Made by a program: the position numbers and the translations under genes. From Thermoanaerobaculia bacterium (lineage in GTDB: Bacteria > Acidobacteriota > Thermoanaerobaculia > Gp7-AA8), in assembly GCA_034665065.1 (NCBI GenBank), contig JAXDGL010000017.1:6559-70558 (forward strand): DNA of 64,000 nt, in the 5' to 3' direction. This document shows, piece by piece, positions 29,416-40,044 of this stretch. The notes under the pieces are model-generated. The model searched no databases. It saw only the letters and a program-made list of their open reading frames with translations, and was not told the DNA's origin. Position 1 is the stretch's first letter. The number at the start of each line of letters is the position of its first letter.

Positions 29416-29799
29416 TTACTTCTTCGTAGCCTTCTTCTTACCGGCGATGGCGCCCTTGCGCGGACCTTTGCGGGTACGGGCATTCGTATGCGTGCGCTGT
29501 CCGCGAACGGGCAGGCCGCGGCGGTGACGCATGCCGCGATAGCAGTTGATCTCCATCAGGCGCTTGATGTCGAGCCCGATGTCTTTGCGGAGATCGCCTT
29601 CGACCTTCCCTTCATCGGTAATGACCTGGCGGATCTTGCGCACGTCATCCTCGGAGAGATCTTTGACGCGCGTGTCTTTGCTGACCGTCGCCTTCTCGAG
29701 GATATCGACCGAGCGCGAGCGGCCGATGCCGTAGATATACGTCAGGCCGACTTCGACCCGCTTGTTCAGTGGAAGGTCCACACCTGCGATACGTGCCAT
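29416..29799 (-). CDS. rpsM: 30S ribosomal protein S13
   Basis: [27 protein letters not shown]. Confidence 0.98.
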   Translation of the reverse strand: MARIAGVDLPLNKRVEVGLTYIYGIGRSRSVDILEKATVSKDTRVKDLSEDDVRKIRQVITDEGKVEGDLRKDIGLDIKRLMEINCYRGMRHRRGLPVRGQRTHTNARTRKGPRKGAIAGKKKATKK

Positions 29800-29808
29800 G
29801 CTTTTCTC

Positions 29809-29884
29809 CAGTTGTCAGTGGTCAGTGATTAGTGATCAGGAAGAATCGCTCGTCCTGATCACTGATCACTGACCGCTGGCCACT
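29809..29884. repeat. Heptamer-tandem hairpin (TCAGTGA/TCACTGA) in rpmJ-rpsM spacer
   Basis: CAGTGGTCAGTGATTAGTGATCAGGA ... TCCTGATCACTGATCACTGACC. Confidence 0.85.
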
Positions 29885-29890
29885 CGTCTC

Positions 29891-30004
29891 CTATCCCTGC
29901 CGCTGCTTATGTTTCGGAATCTCGCAAATGATGCGAATGACGCCCTGACGGCGGACGATCTTGCACTTCACACAAATCTTCTTAACCGATGAACGAACTT
30001 TCAT
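29891..30004 (-). CDS. rpmJ: 50S ribosomal protein L36 (Zn-binding form); absent from the ORF track
   Basis: Translated by hand: [37 protein letters not shown]. Confidence 0.97.
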   Translation of the reverse strand: MKVRSSVKKICVKCKIVRRQGVIRIICEIPKHKQRQG

Positions 30005-30011
30005 GATCAGC

Positions 30012-30230
30012 TCACTTATATCGATACGTGATACGGCCTCTTGTCAGGTCGTACGGTGACAGTTCCACGAGGACCTTGTCTCCCGGAAGGATACGGATGA
30101 AGTGTTTACGCATTTTGCCGGAGATGTGCGCAAGCACCTTGTGCTTGTTCTCCAGCTCGACCTGAAACATCGCGTTCGGCAATGTCTCCAGGACGGTCCC
30201 GGTCACTTCAATCGCTTCTTCCTTCGACAT
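30012..30230 (-). CDS. infA: Translation initiation factor IF-1
   Basis: [31 protein letters not shown]. Confidence 0.98.
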   Translation of the reverse strand: MSKEEAIEVTGTVLETLPNAMFQVELENKHKVLAHISGKMRKHFIRILPGDKVLVELSPYDLTRGRITYRYK

Positions 30231-30244
30231 GTTCCTCCGTTGAG

Positions 30245-30323
30245 AGCTCTTAGCTCTTAGCTGTCAGCTCTTAAGGACCCTGTTACCGATCTCCTAAGAG
30301 CTAACAGCTAACAGCTCAGAGCT
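30245..30323. repeat. Heptamer-tandem hairpin (AGCTCTT family) in map-infA spacer
   Basis: AGCTCTTAGCTCTTAGCTGTCAGCTCTTA ... TAAGAGCTAACAGCTAACAGCTCAGAGCT. Confidence 0.85.
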
Positions 30324-30329
30324 ACGTCT

Positions 30330-31154
30330 CTACTTACCCAACACCACCGGCCCATCCGCCGTAATCGCAATCGAATGTTCGAAATGCGCGGCGAGCGTGC
30401 CGTCGATCGTTCTTGCAGTCCAGCGGTCCGCATCGGTCCGCACATCCTCGATCACTCCATCCCTGCCGGCGCGCTCGATCCGCGAGCGCAGTTTCGATCC
30501 GATCTCGCAAAGCATCGGCTCGACCGCCAAAACCATCCCCGCCCTCAACTCCAGACCACGGCCACGGCGGCCGTAGTTGTAAACCTGCGGATCCTCATGC
30601 ATCCGCCTGCCGATTCCATGTCCGACGAAGTTCCGGATCACGTGAAAGCCGTGCTGCTCCGCATGCTCCTGAACCGCCGCGCCGATATCGCCGATGTGTC
30701 TGCCTGGCCGCATCTCATCGATGGCCAGGTCGAGGCACTCCCGCGTCGTGTCGATCAGCTCTTGCGCCCGCGGCGTCACCTTGCCGACAGGAACCGTGAT
30801 CGCGCCGTCGCCGACGAAACCTTCGAAGATCGAGCCGAAGTCGAGTCCGACGATGTCGCCTTCCTCCAGCCGTGCGCGATTCGGGATGCCGTGAACGATC
30901 ACGTCATTGACCGACGAGCAGACGACCGCAGGATAGGGCGGCAATCCCATCGGAGCGTAGCCTTTGAACGGCGATTTTGCGCCGCGCTTTGCCAGCTCTT
31001 CTTCGGCGACCGCATTCAACTGCGCGGTCGTCGCACCCGGCTTGATCATCGAGCGCATGATCTCGAGGATGTCGAGAACGATGCGATTGGCACGATCCAT
31101 CACCGCGATTTCCTCGCGGTTCTTGAGAATCGGACCTTTCATACGATCGAGCAT
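30330..31154 (-). CDS. map: Methionine aminopeptidase type I
   Basis: SVNDVIVHGIP, GHGIGRRMHEDP, AVEPM, AHFEHS. Confidence 0.96.
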   Translation of the reverse strand: MLDRMKGPILKNREEIAVMDRANRIVLDILEIMRSMIKPGATTAQLNAVAEEELAKRGAKSPFKGYAPMGLPPYPAVVCSSVNDVIVHGIPNRARLEEGDIVGLDFGSIFEGFVGDGAITVPVGKVTPRAQELIDTTRECLDLAIDEMRPGRHIGDIGAAVQEHAEQHGFHVIRNFVGHGIGRRMHEDPQVYNYGRRGRGLELRAGMVLAVEPMLCEIGSKLRSRIERAGRDGVIEDVRTDADRWTARTIDGTLAAHFEHSIAITADGPVVLGK

Positions 31155-31156
31155 GA

Positions 31157-31819
31157 TCAGGAGAGGGACTTCTCTATACGTTCAAAGACCTCATCGACGG
31201 GACCAACCCCGTCGACTTCGCGCAACATCTGTTTCGTCTTGTAAAACGTGGCTACAGGAAGCGTCTGACGATGAAACGCTTCCAGCCGCTTGCGAACCGC
31301 GGTCTCGTTGTCGTCCGGACGAGCGATCAGCCCGGCACCTTCCCGATCACAGACCGAGTCGACTGCCGGAGGAGCGGATTCGAGATGGTAGATCGCGCCG
31401 CATACGGGACACGATCTGCGCAGCGAGATCCGCTTCACGATGGCCTCGTCTGGGACCAGTAGTTGCAGAACCCGGAGGCCATCGGCCTCATTCCCAGCGC
31501 CATTTCCCTTGCTGCTCCCGACAATAGTGTCGAGTTTTTCTGCCTGCACGACCGTCCGCGGAAAGCCGTCCAGGATGAATCCACGCTGCGCGTCGGTCTT
31601 CGCCAGACGGTCGTTGATGACCCCGATCATCAGGTCGTCCGACACCAGCGCGCCAGAAGCCATGATCGGCGCGGCCTGCTGCCCGAGGGCGGTGCCATCG
31701 GCGATCGCCTCCCGGAGCATGTCGCCCGTCGAGATGTGAGGGACGCCGTGCTGCGCGGCAAGCCGCTTCGCCTGCGTTCCCTTTCCGCTTCCCGGCGGAC
31801 CGATGAAAATCAGCTTCAC
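31157..31819 (-). CDS. adk: Adenylate kinase
   Basis: GPPGSGKGTQA, HISTGDMLR, LDGFPRT, Cys-containing LID. Confidence 0.97.
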   Translation of the reverse strand: MKLIFIGPPGSGKGTQAKRLAAQHGVPHISTGDMLREAIADGTALGQQAAPIMASGALVSDDLMIGVINDRLAKTDAQRGFILDGFPRTVVQAEKLDTIVGSSKGNGAGNEADGLRVLQLLVPDEAIVKRISLRRSCPVCGAIYHLESAPPAVDSVCDREGAGLIARPDDNETAVRKRLEAFHRQTLPVATFYKTKQMLREVDGVGPVDEVFERIEKSLS

Positions 31820-31832
31820 GCGTGCCGGCCCT

Positions 31833-33239
31833 TTACCCGCGCCGTCCGCGGATACGTCCGCGTTTCATGAAGCCGTCGTAATGACGCATGACGAGTTGTG
31901 ACTCGACCTGCTGGATCGTGTCCATGGCCACACCGACCACGATCAGCAGCGAGGTGCCGCCGAAGTAGAAGTTGAAGCCCATGCCTTCCGTGAACCACAG
32001 CGGCAGCGCGCGATCGAGCGCCGCACCGATTCCGAACGGCAACTGGTTCACGTGCACACCGGCGATGAGAAACTCCGGCAGGATGCAAACCGCGGCCAGA
32101 TAGAGCGAGCCGACGAACGTGATGCGCGTCAGGACGCGGTCGATGTAGTCGGAGGTCTTCTTGCCCGGGCGGATGCCGGGGATGAAGCCGCCGTACTTGC
32201 GCATGTTGTCGGCGGTATCGACCGGATTGAAGACGATCGACGTGTAGAAGTACCCGAAGAACATGATGCCGATGACCTGCAGGAGGTAGTAGAGCGGCTC
32301 CCCGACTTTCATCTGCGCGCCGATCGCCTGCGCCCACGGCGTCTTGATCATCGACGCAAGTGTCTGCGGGATGACGAGAATCGACGACGCGAAGATGACC
32401 GGGATGACGCCGGCGGTGTTCACGCGAAGCGGGAGATACGTGTTTGAGCCGCCGTAGACCTTGCGGCCGACGACACGCTTGGCGTACTGCACGGGGATTC
32501 GCCGCTGCGCGCGCTCCATGAAGATAACGAACGCGACGACCGCGGCCATGAAGACGATCAAAGCCAGCATGGCGAAGAGATTGCGCTGCCCGTTGAGAAC
32601 GTCCTGAACGATGCCGATGACCGCGTGCGGCAATCCGACGACGATGCCGGCGAAGATGATCAGCGAGATGCCGTTGCCGATGCCGCGTTCGGAGATCTGC
32701 TCACCGAGCCACATGACGAAAGCGGTGCCGGTGGTGAGCGTCAGAACCGTCATGAGCGGGAAGCCGATGCCCCACAACGAGTCCTGTACCGCCGACGGAA
32801 CGAGTGGCGCACCACCCGGTGAGCTCTGCGACTTGAGCCAGAAGGCCACGCCGAGCGACTGCACGATCGACAGCACGACGGTGCCGTAGCGCGTGTACTG
32901 GTTGATCTTGCGGCGGCCCATCTCGCCTTCCTTCGACAGTTTCTCGAGGTAAGGCCAGACGACGGTGAGGAGCTGCAGGATGATCGACGCCGAGATGTAC
33001 GGCATGATGCCGAGGGCGAAGACCGACAGACGGCGCAGAGCGCCGCCGGAGAAGAGATCCAGGAATCCCAAGGCCCCGCCCACCGTCTTGAAATACTCCG
33101 CGAGCGCGACCGGGTCGACACCGGGCGTCGGGATGTGCGATCCGAGGCGGTAGACGGCAAGCAGCGCAAACGTGAACATCACGCGTTTGCGCAGATCTTC
33201 GATTGCCCAGATGTTGCGGAGTGTCTCGAGGAAGTTCAA
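31833..33239 (-). CDS. secY: Preprotein translocase subunit SecY
   Basis: ALGIMPYISASII, GIGNGISLIIF, IPGIRPG, GGTSLLIVVGV. TTG start at 33239 after AGGAG. Confidence 0.98.
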   Translation of the reverse strand: MNFLETLRNIWAIEDLRKRVMFTFALLAVYRLGSHIPTPGVDPVALAEYFKTVGGALGFLDLFSGGALRRLSVFALGIMPYISASIILQLLTVVWPYLEKLSKEGEMGRRKINQYTRYGTVVLSIVQSLGVAFWLKSQSSPGGAPLVPSAVQDSLWGIGFPLMTVLTLTTGTAFVMWLGEQISERGIGNGISLIIFAGIVVGLPHAVIGIVQDVLNGQRNLFAMLALIVFMAAVVAFVIFMERAQRRIPVQYAKRVVGRKVYGGSNTYLPLRVNTAGVIPVIFASSILVIPQTLASMIKTPWAQAIGAQMKVGEPLYYLLQVIGIMFFGYFYTSIVFNPVDTADNMRKYGGFIPGIRPGKKTSDYIDRVLTRITFVGSLYLAAVCILPEFLIAGVHVNQLPFGIGAALDRALPLWFTEGMGFNFYFGGTSLLIVVGVAMDTIQQVESQLVMRHYDGFMKRGRIRGRRG

Positions 33240-33240
33240 G

Positions 33241-33684
33241 TTACTGAATCTCCTGGCAGGTGCCGCCTGCCGCTTCAATCTGTTTACGAGCGGTTTCAGA
33301 GAACTTCGTCGCGTGCACAGTCAGCTTCTTGGAGAGCTTGCCGTGACCGAGGACTTTGACGCCGTCGTTGCGGCCTTTGACGAGGCCGGCCTGGCGAAGG
33401 GCGCCCTCATCGATCGTGGTGCCGTTGTCGAAACGCTCGAGGTCCGAAAGGTTCACGACCGCGTGCACCTTCTTGAAGATGTTGGTGAAGCCGCGCTTTG
33501 GCAGACGGCGATGCAACGGCATCTGGCCGCCTTCGAAACCGCGCATGCGCGAGAAGCCGGCACGCGACTTCTGCCCCTTCTCACCGCGTCCCGCGGTCTT
33601 GCCGTTGCCCGATCCCGGGCCGCGGCCAACGCGCTTCTTCGAGTGGCGCGAGCTCTTTTTTGGTTTGAGGCTACTGAGTTCCAT
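33241..33684 (-). CDS. rplO: 50S ribosomal protein L15
   Basis: [35 protein letters not shown]. Confidence 0.98.
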   Translation of the reverse strand: MELSSLKPKKSSRHSKKRVGRGPGSGNGKTAGRGEKGQKSRAGFSRMRGFEGGQMPLHRRLPKRGFTNIFKKVHAVVNLSDLERFDNGTTIDEGALRQAGLVKGRNDGVKVLGHGKLSKKLTVHATKFSETARKQIEAAGGTCQEIQ

Positions 33685-33739
33685 GTTTTTCTCCGGGTGT
33701 CGGATGCCGGTCGGACCGGCAGCGGAAACCTCTTTCGTT

Positions 33740-33940
33740 CTACGACTCCACGACCTGCACGAGATGCGGGATGCGGGCGATCATGCCGCGTGTTTCCGGC
33801 GAGTCGACGCGCGATGCCACACGATGCATCTTGCCCAGTCCAAGCGCGCGGAGCGTCTCGCGCATGTAGCGCGGGCAGCCGATGCCGCTGCGGACCTGCT
33901 TGATCGAAATCATCTTCTTCTTGCTCTTGGCGGCGCTCAT
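33740..33940 (-). CDS. rpmD: 50S ribosomal protein L30
   Basis: RSGIG...TLRALGL...[11 protein letters not shown]; located between rpsE and rplO. Confidence 0.95.
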   Translation of the reverse strand: MSAAKSKKKMISIKQVRSGIGCPRYMRETLRALGLGKMHRVASRVDSPETRGMIARIPHLVQVVES

Positions 33941-34479
33941 GCTTCCGCTCCCTCCTCCACACCGCGAAGCGTGTTGTACTGCGCCTCGCTGCGGAGCTGC
34001 GCAAGGGCGTCAAATGTTGCCTTGACGACGTTGTGCGGGTTGGCGGTGCCGAGTGACTTCGTCAGGATGTTCTGGATTCCTGCCGATTCGAGAATGGCGC
34101 GGACCGGACCACCGGCGATGACACCGGTACCTTCGGAGGCCGGCTTGAGCATGACTTTTCCGGCGCCGTAGTGACCGAGAACGGCGTGCGGAATCGTGGT
34201 GCCCGCCATGGAGATCGCGATCATGTTCTTCTTGGCGATCTCGATCCCCTTCTTGATTGCGGCCGGCACTTCCTTCGCCTTGCCCGAGCCAAAGCCGACG
34301 CGGCCTTTGCCGTCGCCGACGACGACGAGCGCGGAGAAGCTGAAGTTCTTGCCGCCCTTGACGACCTTGGTGACGCGATTGATGTGGACGACCTTGTCGA
34401 TCATCCCACTTTCACTGCGCTCATCGCGGCGGTCGCCACGCTGAGAGCCCTGACCTGAACGCTGCATCGGACGCTGCAC
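33937..34479 (-). CDS. rpsE: 30S ribosomal protein S5
   Basis: [29 protein letters not shown]. Confidence 0.98.
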   Translation of the reverse strand: MQRPMQRSGQGSQRGDRRDERSESGMIDKVVHINRVTKVVKGGKNFSFSALVVVGDGKGRVGFGSGKAKEVPAAIKKGIEIAKKNMIAISMAGTTIPHAVLGHYGAGKVMLKPASEGTGVIAGGPVRAILESAGIQNILTKSLGTANPHNVVKATFDALAQLRSEAQYNTLRGVEEGAEA

Positions 34480-34487
34480 GTTGCCTC

Positions 34488-34847
34488 CTAGAATTCCAGA
34501 CCGTTTTCGCGCGCGGCATCCGCGAGCGCTTTGATGTTGCCGTGGTACAGATAGCCGCCGCGGTCAAACACCACGCGCGTGATTCCTTTGTCTTTCGCCT
34601 TCTTCGCGATCAGTGCACCCACGGCCTTGCACGAAGCGGCGTTGGCGCCCTTGGCGCCGGCGTCTTTCTCGTGAGTCGATGCCGACAGCAGCGTACGGCC
34701 GCTGGCGTCGTCGATCACCTGAACGTAGATGTGCTTGAGGCTCTTGAAGACAGCCAGGCGCGGACGCTGCTCCGTCCCGCTGACCTTGTTCCGAATCCGC
34801 TGCCGGATCCGTCCTCGTGATGCCACTCTCAGTTTTGCGCGATCCAT
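34488..34847 (-). CDS. rplR: 50S ribosomal protein L18
   Basis: [25 protein letters not shown]. Start refined to ATG 34847. Confidence 0.97.
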   Translation of the reverse strand: MDRAKLRVASRGRIRQRIRNKVSGTEQRPRLAVFKSLKHIYVQVIDDASGRTLLSASTHEKDAGAKGANAASCKAVGALIAKKAKDKGITRVVFDRGGYLYHGNIKALADAARENGLEF

Positions 34848-34887
34848 GATTTTTCCCTTTTCGCCGAGGCTTGGTACCCGGCTTTTC

Positions 34888-34961
34888 TGAAGGATGAACG
34901 ATGAAGGATGAACGGTGAACCCAACCTGAAGGTGTTCAACGTTCATCATTCATCGTTCATC
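34888..34961. repeat. Heptamer-tandem hairpin (TGAAGGA/TGAACGA) in rplF-rplR spacer
   Basis: TGAAGGATGAACGATGAAGGATGAACGGTGAAC ... GTTCAACGTTCATCATTCATCGTTCATCG. Confidence 0.85.
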
Positions 34962-34968
34962 GCTCCTC

Positions 34969-35511
34969 TTACTTTCCTGCTGCCTTACCCGCCTTGCGGC
35001 GAATGATTTCGTCTGAATACTTGATGCCTTTGCCCTTGTAGGGATCGGGCTCGCGAAGGGCGCGAATCTCAGAAGCGGTCTGACCGACTTTCTGCTTATC
35101 GATTCCCGTAATCGTGATGTGGCCGCTCTTCGGCTCGACGGCGATCTCGATTCCTTCCGGAATGGCGAAGCGTACCGGATGCGAGTAGCCGAGCTGGAAG
35201 ACGACTTCCTTCCCTTTGACCTCGGCACGATATCCGACGCCGACGATGTCGAGCTCGCGCTTGAACCCATCGGTCACGCCGCGGACGTTGTTGGCCACGA
35301 GCGCGCGCATGAGACCGTGAAAGCCGCGCATCCTTCCTTCATCGTTCGAGCGCGTGAACTGCACCACGTTGTTCTCGATCGTCACGCCGATGCCCGGCAC
35401 GACGGCAGTGGTCAAGGTTCCTTTCGGTCCCTTCACCGTCACGACGTTGCCGTCGTGTTTCACTTCGACGCCCTTCGGCACCGGGATTTCTTTTCGTCCA
35501 ATTCGTGACAT
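34969..35511 (-). CDS. rplF: 50S ribosomal protein L6
   Basis: MSRIGRKEI, LGYSHP, PDPYKGKGIKY. Confidence 0.98.
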   Translation of the reverse strand: MSRIGRKEIPVPKGVEVKHDGNVVTVKGPKGTLTTAVVPGIGVTIENNVVQFTRSNDEGRMRGFHGLMRALVANNVRGVTDGFKRELDIVGVGYRAEVKGKEVVFQLGYSHPVRFAIPEGIEIAVEPKSGHITITGIDKQKVGQTASEIRALREPDPYKGKGIKYSDEIIRRKAGKAAGK

Positions 35512-35532
35512 TGAGAGTCTCCTTAATGCTCG

Positions 35533-35934
35533 CTACCAGACCTGGCAGAGAACTTCGCCGCCGACACCGCTCTTGACGGCTTCCTGTCCGGAGAGCACGC
35601 CTTTGGAGGTCGAGACGATGGCCAGGCCGAGGCCGCCGAGCACGCTCGGGATCTCCTGCTTGTTGCGGTAGACGCGGCGTCCCGGGCGCGAGATGCGCTC
35701 GATGCCGTGAATGACCGGCTCGCCGTTCGGGGCGTACTTCAGCTCGATGCGGAGCGTCCCCTGCGGCTCGTCCTTCTGGGCGAGGTTGTAGTTACGGATA
35801 AAGCCCTCAGTCTTGAGGATGCGGGCGATCTCCACCTTCAGCTTCGATGCGGGAAGCTCGACGCGTTCGTGATGCGACTGGATTCCGTTGCGAATCCGCG
35901 TGAGCATGTCCGCGATTGGGTCTGTCATCGACAT
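35533..35934 (-). CDS. rpsH: 30S ribosomal protein S8
   Basis: MTDPIADMLTRIRNG, RISRPGRRVY, GGEVLCQVW. Confidence 0.98.
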   Translation of the reverse strand: MSMTDPIADMLTRIRNGIQSHHERVELPASKLKVEIARILKTEGFIRNYNLAQKDEPQGTLRIELKYAPNGEPVIHGIERISRPGRRVYRNKQEIPSVLGGLGLAIVSTSKGVLSGQEAVKSGVGGEVLCQVW

Positions 35935-35976
35935 TCGTGACTCCTGTGTTTCCTATTCAGTTCGAGAGCCGGAGAA

Positions 35977-36162
35977 CTACCAGCTCGCCTTCGTGATGCC
36001 CGGGATGTAGCCGCCGAGCGAAAGCAGCCGGAAGCAGATGCGGCAGAGCTGAAACTTCCGGAGAAAGCCGCGCGGACGTCCGCACTGTTTGCAGCGATTG
36101 ACTTTGCGGGACTTGAACTTCGGCTTCCGCTCCGCCTTGACGATCATCGAGATTTTTGCCAT
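35977..36162 (-). CDS. rpsN: 30S ribosomal protein S14 (short Zn-binding type Z)
   Basis: 61 aa; [10 protein letters not shown]...LCRICFR. Confidence 0.97.
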   Translation of the reverse strand: MAKISMIVKAERKPKFKSRKVNRCKQCGRPRGFLRKFQLCRICFRLLSLGGYIPGITKASW

Positions 36163-36171
36163 GTGTTCCTC

Positions 36172-36714
36172 TTATTTGGTGAAGGGCAAACCGAGCTCGC
36201 GAAGGAGGAAACGAGCCTGGTCGTCGTCCTTCGCGTTCGTGACGATGGTGATGTTCATCCCCTTGGACTTGTCGACCTTGGTGATGTCGATCTCGGGGAA
36301 GATCAGATGGTCGCGGACGCCGAGCGTGTAGTTGCCGCGGCCGTCGAACGATTTCGACGGAACGCCGCGGAAGTCGCGGACGCGGGGCAGCGCGGTGGAG
36401 ATCAGACGATCGAGAAACTCGTACATCTTCTCGCCGCGCAGCGTGACCATCGCACCGATGGCCTGTCCCTCGCGCAGCTTGAAGCTGGCGATCGACTTCT
36501 TGGCCTTGGTGATGATCGGCTTCTGGCCCGTGATCTGGCCGAGCTCATCGACGGCGCTGTCGAGGATCTTGGCGTTGGAGATCGCTTCGCCCATCCCCAT
36601 GTTGAGGACGACCTTCTCGATCTTCGGAACCGCCATCGGGTTCTTGATCCCGAACTGGTCCTGAATCTTCTTTCTGACTTCGGTCTGGTATTTCTCTTTC
36701 AGTCGCGCTGCCAT
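36172..36714 (-). CDS. rplE: 50S ribosomal protein L5
   Basis: [31 protein letters not shown]. Confidence 0.98.
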   Translation of the reverse strand: MAARLKEKYQTEVRKKIQDQFGIKNPMAVPKIEKVVLNMGMGEAISNAKILDSAVDELGQITGQKPIITKAKKSIASFKLREGQAIGAMVTLRGEKMYEFLDRLISTALPRVRDFRGVPSKSFDGRGNYTLGVRDHLIFPEIDITKVDKSKGMNITIVTNAKDDDQARFLLRELGLPFTK

Positions 36715-36759
36715 GGTCTTTCCTGGTTCCTTCCGGGCCGGCGTTGTACGGCCCCGTCG

Positions 36760-36834
36760 TTGGCTCTCGGCTGTCGGCTGTCGGCTGTTGGGATTGCGAT
36801 CTTCCCGAGAGCCGACACCTGACAGCCGACAGCC
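36760..36834. repeat. Heptamer-tandem hairpin (CGGCTGT/ACAGCCG) in rplX-rplE spacer
   Basis: TGGCTCTCGGCTGTCGGCTGTCGGCTGTTGGGA ... TCCCGAGAGCCGACACCTGACAGCCGACAGCCG. Confidence 0.85.
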
Positions 36835-36837
36835 GCT

Positions 36838-37191
36838 TTACATTTCGGTATTGCACTTCCGGCAGTACCGCGCAGCGCCTTCGGCCGTGCGATGCGTCCC
36901 GGTGCGGGCGGGCTTGCCACAACTCGGGCAGACCACCTGCAGATTCGACAGTTTGATCGGTGCTTCGCGCTCAAGAACTCCGCCCGAAACGTTCTTCTGC
37001 GGATTGGGCTTTGTGTGCTTCTTCATCATGTTGACGCGCTCGACGATGGCGGTTCCCTTCGTCGCGTTCACGCGCAGCACTTTGCCCTGTTTGCCGCGGT
37101 CCTTCCCCGAGAGGATGAGGACGAGATCGTTCTTCTTCACGTGCGGTTTGACGCGAATGATTTCTTTTTGCTTCGTCGGATTTCCGTACAT
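36838..37191 (-). CDS. rplX: 50S ribosomal protein L24
   Basis: HVKKNDLVLILSGKDRGKQG, EAPIKLSNL. Start refined to ATG 37191. Confidence 0.96.
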   Translation of the reverse strand: MYGNPTKQKEIIRVKPHVKKNDLVLILSGKDRGKQGKVLRVNATKGTAIVERVNMMKKHTKPNPQKNVSGGVLEREAPIKLSNLQVVCPSCGKPARTGTHRTAEGAARYCRKCNTEM

Positions 37192-37202
37192 TGTTTTGCT
37201 CC

Positions 37203-37270
37203 GGGTGTCGCGTGTCGGATGTCGGGTTTCGGGGTTTAGCCGAGAGCCGACAGCCGACACCCGACAGCCA
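37203..37270. repeat. Heptamer-tandem hairpin (GGGTGTC/GACACCC family) in rplN-rplX spacer
   Basis: GGGTGTCGCGTGTCGGATGTCGGGTTTCGG ... CCGAGAGCCGACAGCCGACACCCGACAGCC. Confidence 0.8.
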
Positions 37271-37274
37271 TTTT

Positions 37275-37646
37275 CTAGATAACCTCTGGTGCCAGTGAAA
37301 TGATCTTCATGAACTTCCGTTCGCGGAGCTCACGAGCGACCGGGCCGAAGACGCGTGTACCAACCGGCTCGCGTGCGTCGTTGATGAGAACGGCCGCGTT
37401 GTCATCGAATTTGATGTAGGAGCCATCGCGGCGACGGCTTTCTTTGACCGTGCGGACCACGACCGCCTTGACGACGGCGCCCTTCTTGACGGTGCCATCG
37501 GGCGAAGCTTCCTTGACCGACGCCGTGATCACGTCGCCGAGGCGCGCGTACTGGCCGGCAGTCGATCCGCCCAGCATCTTGATGCAGGCGATCTTCTTCG
37601 CACCGGTGTTGTCGGCGACCTGTAAGACTGTTCCCATCTGAATCAT
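37275..37646 (-). CDS. rplN: 50S ribosomal protein L14
   Basis: [30 protein letters not shown]. Confidence 0.98.
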   Translation of the reverse strand: MIQMGTVLQVADNTGAKKIACIKMLGGSTAGQYARLGDVITASVKEASPDGTVKKGAVVKAVVVRTVKESRRRDGSYIKFDDNAAVLINDAREPVGTRVFGPVARELRERKFMKIISLAPEVI

Positions 37647-37659
37647 GACTGACTCCCCT

Positions 37660-37737
37660 AAGGACGAAGGCGGAAGGATGAAGGATGAATGCGAAGCATC
37701 ATCCGGTCGTCATCCCTCATCCTTCATCCTTCATCCT
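37660..37737. repeat. Heptamer-tandem hairpin (TGAAGGA/TCCTTCA) in rpsQ-rplN spacer
   Basis: AAGGACGAAGGCGGAAGGATGAAGGATGAA ... TCATCCCTCATCCTTCATCCTTCATCCTT. Confidence 0.85.
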
Positions 37738-37745
37738 TTTTCGTG

Positions 37746-38018
37746 CTACGCCTTCGCGACGACTTCGCGCACGGTCCAACGCTTGCGCTTGGACAGCGGA
37801 CGCGACTCCTCGATCACCACGCGGTCGCCGACATTGATGTCGTTGCTCTCGTTGTGCGCGAGGAACTTGCTCGTGTGCTTGACGTACTTCTGATACATCC
37901 CGTGCTTGACGAGGTTCTCCACGGCGACGACGACGGTCTTCTGCATCTTGTTCGACACGACGACGCCGGTCTTGGTGCGCTCGTTCTTGCTGGCTTTGGT
38001 TTCTTCAGTTGCTGACAT
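37746..38018 (-). CDS. rpsQ: 30S ribosomal protein S17
   Basis: [25 protein letters not shown]. Confidence 0.98.
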   Translation of the reverse strand: MSATEETKASKNERTKTGVVVSNKMQKTVVVAVENLVKHGMYQKYVKHTSKFLAHNESNDINVGDRVVIEESRPLSKRKRWTVREVVAKA

Positions 38019-38021
38019 GTC

Positions 38022-38213
38022 TTAGCCCCTCGCCTTTTCACCCTGGAGGGTTTTGATGCGGGCGATCTCGCGGCGCACCTGTTTCACCTTCGACGGCGCT
38101 TCCATCCGGCCCGTGGCGCGCTGAAAGCGGAGCTTGTAAAGCTGCTCGCTCAGATCGCGCTCGCGCGTCGAAAGCTCGTCGTGACTCTTATCGCGAAGTT
38201 CTTTCGTTTTCAT
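38022..38213 (-). CDS. rpmC: 50S ribosomal protein L29
   Basis: [21 protein letters not shown]. Confidence 0.97.
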   Translation of the reverse strand: MKTKELRDKSHDELSTRERDLSEQLYKLRFQRATGRMEAPSKVKQVRREIARIKTLQGEKARG

Positions 38214-38635
38214 TCGCCCACCTCTGTCTGCAGGCGCGTGACGAAGCGCGTCTTGATCGGAAGCTTGTGCGCAGCAAGGCGAAGCGCCTCTTCAGCGATC
38301 TCCCGCGTCACGCCTTCCATCTCGTAAAGAATGCGGGCCGGCTTGACGACACACACCCATTCTTCCGGTGCACCCTTGCCCTTACCCATACGAGTCTCGA
38401 GCGGCTTCTTGGTGATCGGCTTGTCCGGGAAAATCCGGATCCAGATCTTTCCGCCGCGCTTGACGTGACGGGTCATCGCGATACGGGCCGCCTCGATCTG
38501 GCGCGCCGTAACCCAGCCCGCTTCCATCGCCTGCAATCCGAAATCTCCGAACGAGACCTTCGCGCCACGCGTCGCGATACCACGACGGCGTCCGCGCTGC
38601 TGTTTTCTGAACTTAACTTTCTTCGGCATCATCAT
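38210..38635 (-). CDS. rplP: 50S ribosomal protein L16
   Basis: [33 protein letters not shown]. Confidence 0.98.
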   Translation of the reverse strand: MMMPKKVKFRKQQRGRRRGIATRGAKVSFGDFGLQAMEAGWVTARQIEAARIAMTRHVKRGGKIWIRIFPDKPITKKPLETRMGKGKGAPEEWVCVVKPARILYEMEGVTREIAEEALRLAAHKLPIKTRFVTRLQTEVGE

Positions 38636-38692
38636 GATGCGTTGTTCTCCTGCGAGTGCCGGGGTTCGCCCTGCCCTCGATGTGCGTCGGTA

Positions 38693-39343
38693 TTACTGCG
38701 GGCGCTTCCGCGACTTGGCTTTCGCCATTTCGCCTTTGAAAATCCACACCTTGACGCCGATGATGCCGTACGTCGTTCTGGCCAGCGCCAGGCCGTAGTC
38801 GATATCCGCCTTCAGCGTGTGCAGCGGAAGCCGGCCGTCCTGGTACCACTCCGTGCGGGCGATCTCGGCGCCGTTCAGACGCCCGCCCACGCGGACCTTG
38901 ATCCCCTTCGCGCCGAAGCGGAAGGCCGACTCCATGGCCTTCTTCATGGCGCGCCGGAATGCGATGCGGCGCTCGAGCTGCGTGGCAATGTTCTCTGCCA
39001 CCAACTGTGCGTCGAGCTCCGGACGCTGGATCTCCTGGATGTTGATGTACACCTCGCCGTTGACCATCTTCTGCAGCTCGTCGCGCAGTTTGTCGACCTC
39101 GGCGCCCTTGCGTCCGATGATGATGCCGGGACGCGAGGTGTAGATGTTGATACGCATCTTGTTCGCCGTGCGCTCGATGTCGATCTCCGACACTCCGGCA
39201 TGGGACAGCCGCTTCTTCAGATCATCGCGAAGCTTCAGATCACGATGAAGTGTCTCGGCGTAAGCCTTCCCCGCAAACCAGCGGGAGTGCCACGTCTTGT
39301 TGAAACCAAGCCGAAATCCGTACGGGTTGACCTTCTGACCCAA
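38693..39343 (-). CDS. rpsC: 30S ribosomal protein S3
   Basis: [36 protein letters not shown] start after GGAGG. Confidence 0.98.
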   Translation of the reverse strand: MGQKVNPYGFRLGFNKTWHSRWFAGKAYAETLHRDLKLRDDLKKRLSHAGVSEIDIERTANKMRINIYTSRPGIIIGRKGAEVDKLRDELQKMVNGEVYINIQEIQRPELDAQLVAENIATQLERRIAFRRAMKKAMESAFRFGAKGIKVRVGGRLNGAEIARTEWYQDGRLPLHTLKADIDYGLALARTTYGIIGVKVWIFKGEMAKAKSRKRPQ

Positions 39344-39354
39344 GATAGCCTCCG

Positions 39355-39741
39355 TTACTTTGCGCGGGCGCGGCCTTTGCCGCCGCTCCGCTCGTTGACC
39401 GCTTTGACATCGTCCGACACGTGCACGGTTACGTGCGCCTGCCGCTTCTGGATGCGATAGGCGCGTCCCATCGGCGCCGGCTGGATACGCTTCTCGCGCG
39501 GTCCCTCGTTGACGTAAATCTTCGAGACCACCAGCTCATCGGTGTCGAGGTTTGCTTCCTTCACCTCGGCGTTGGCAACCGCCGAGCGAACCAGCTTCTC
39601 CAGGTCCTTCGCACACGTTTTCTTCGTGAAGCGAAGGATCGAGAGCGCTTCGTCGACCTTCTTGCCCCGCACCAGATCGGCCACGAGCCGGACTTTCTGC
39701 GGCGACATTTTCAGATATCTGAGAGTTGCAGTTGCTTCCAT
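39355..39741 (-). CDS. rplV: 50S ribosomal protein L22
   Basis: [27 protein letters not shown]. Confidence 0.98.
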   Translation of the reverse strand: MEATATLRYLKMSPQKVRLVADLVRGKKVDEALSILRFTKKTCAKDLEKLVRSAVANAEVKEANLDTDELVVSKIYVNEGPREKRIQPAPMGRAYRIQKRQAHVTVHVSDDVKAVNERSGGKGRARAK

Positions 39742-39750
39742 CGGTTCACC

Positions 39751-40044
39751 TTATTTGGCGGCGGGCTTCGCCGACTTTTCGACTTTCTTGCCGCTGTGGC
39801 CCTTGAACGTGCGCGTCATCGAGAACTCGCCAAGTTTGTGGCCGACCATGTTCTCGGAGATGTAGACCGGCACGAACTTGCGTCCGTTGTGGACGGCAAT
39901 CGTGTGGCCGACCATGTCCGGAATGACGGTGGAACGGCGCGACCAGGTCTTGATGACTTTCTTGTCGCGCTCGCGGTTCATCGTGTCGACCTTCTTCTGC
40001 AGGTGGCCGTCGATGAACGGACCCTTCTTGAGTGAACGTGCCAT
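39751..40044 (-). CDS. rpsS: 30S ribosomal protein S19
   Basis: [24 protein letters not shown]. Confidence 0.98.
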   Translation of the reverse strand: MARSLKKGPFIDGHLQKKVDTMNRERDKKVIKTWSRRSTVIPDMVGHTIAVHNGRKFVPVYISENMVGHKLGEFSMTRTFKGHSGKKVEKSAKPAAK

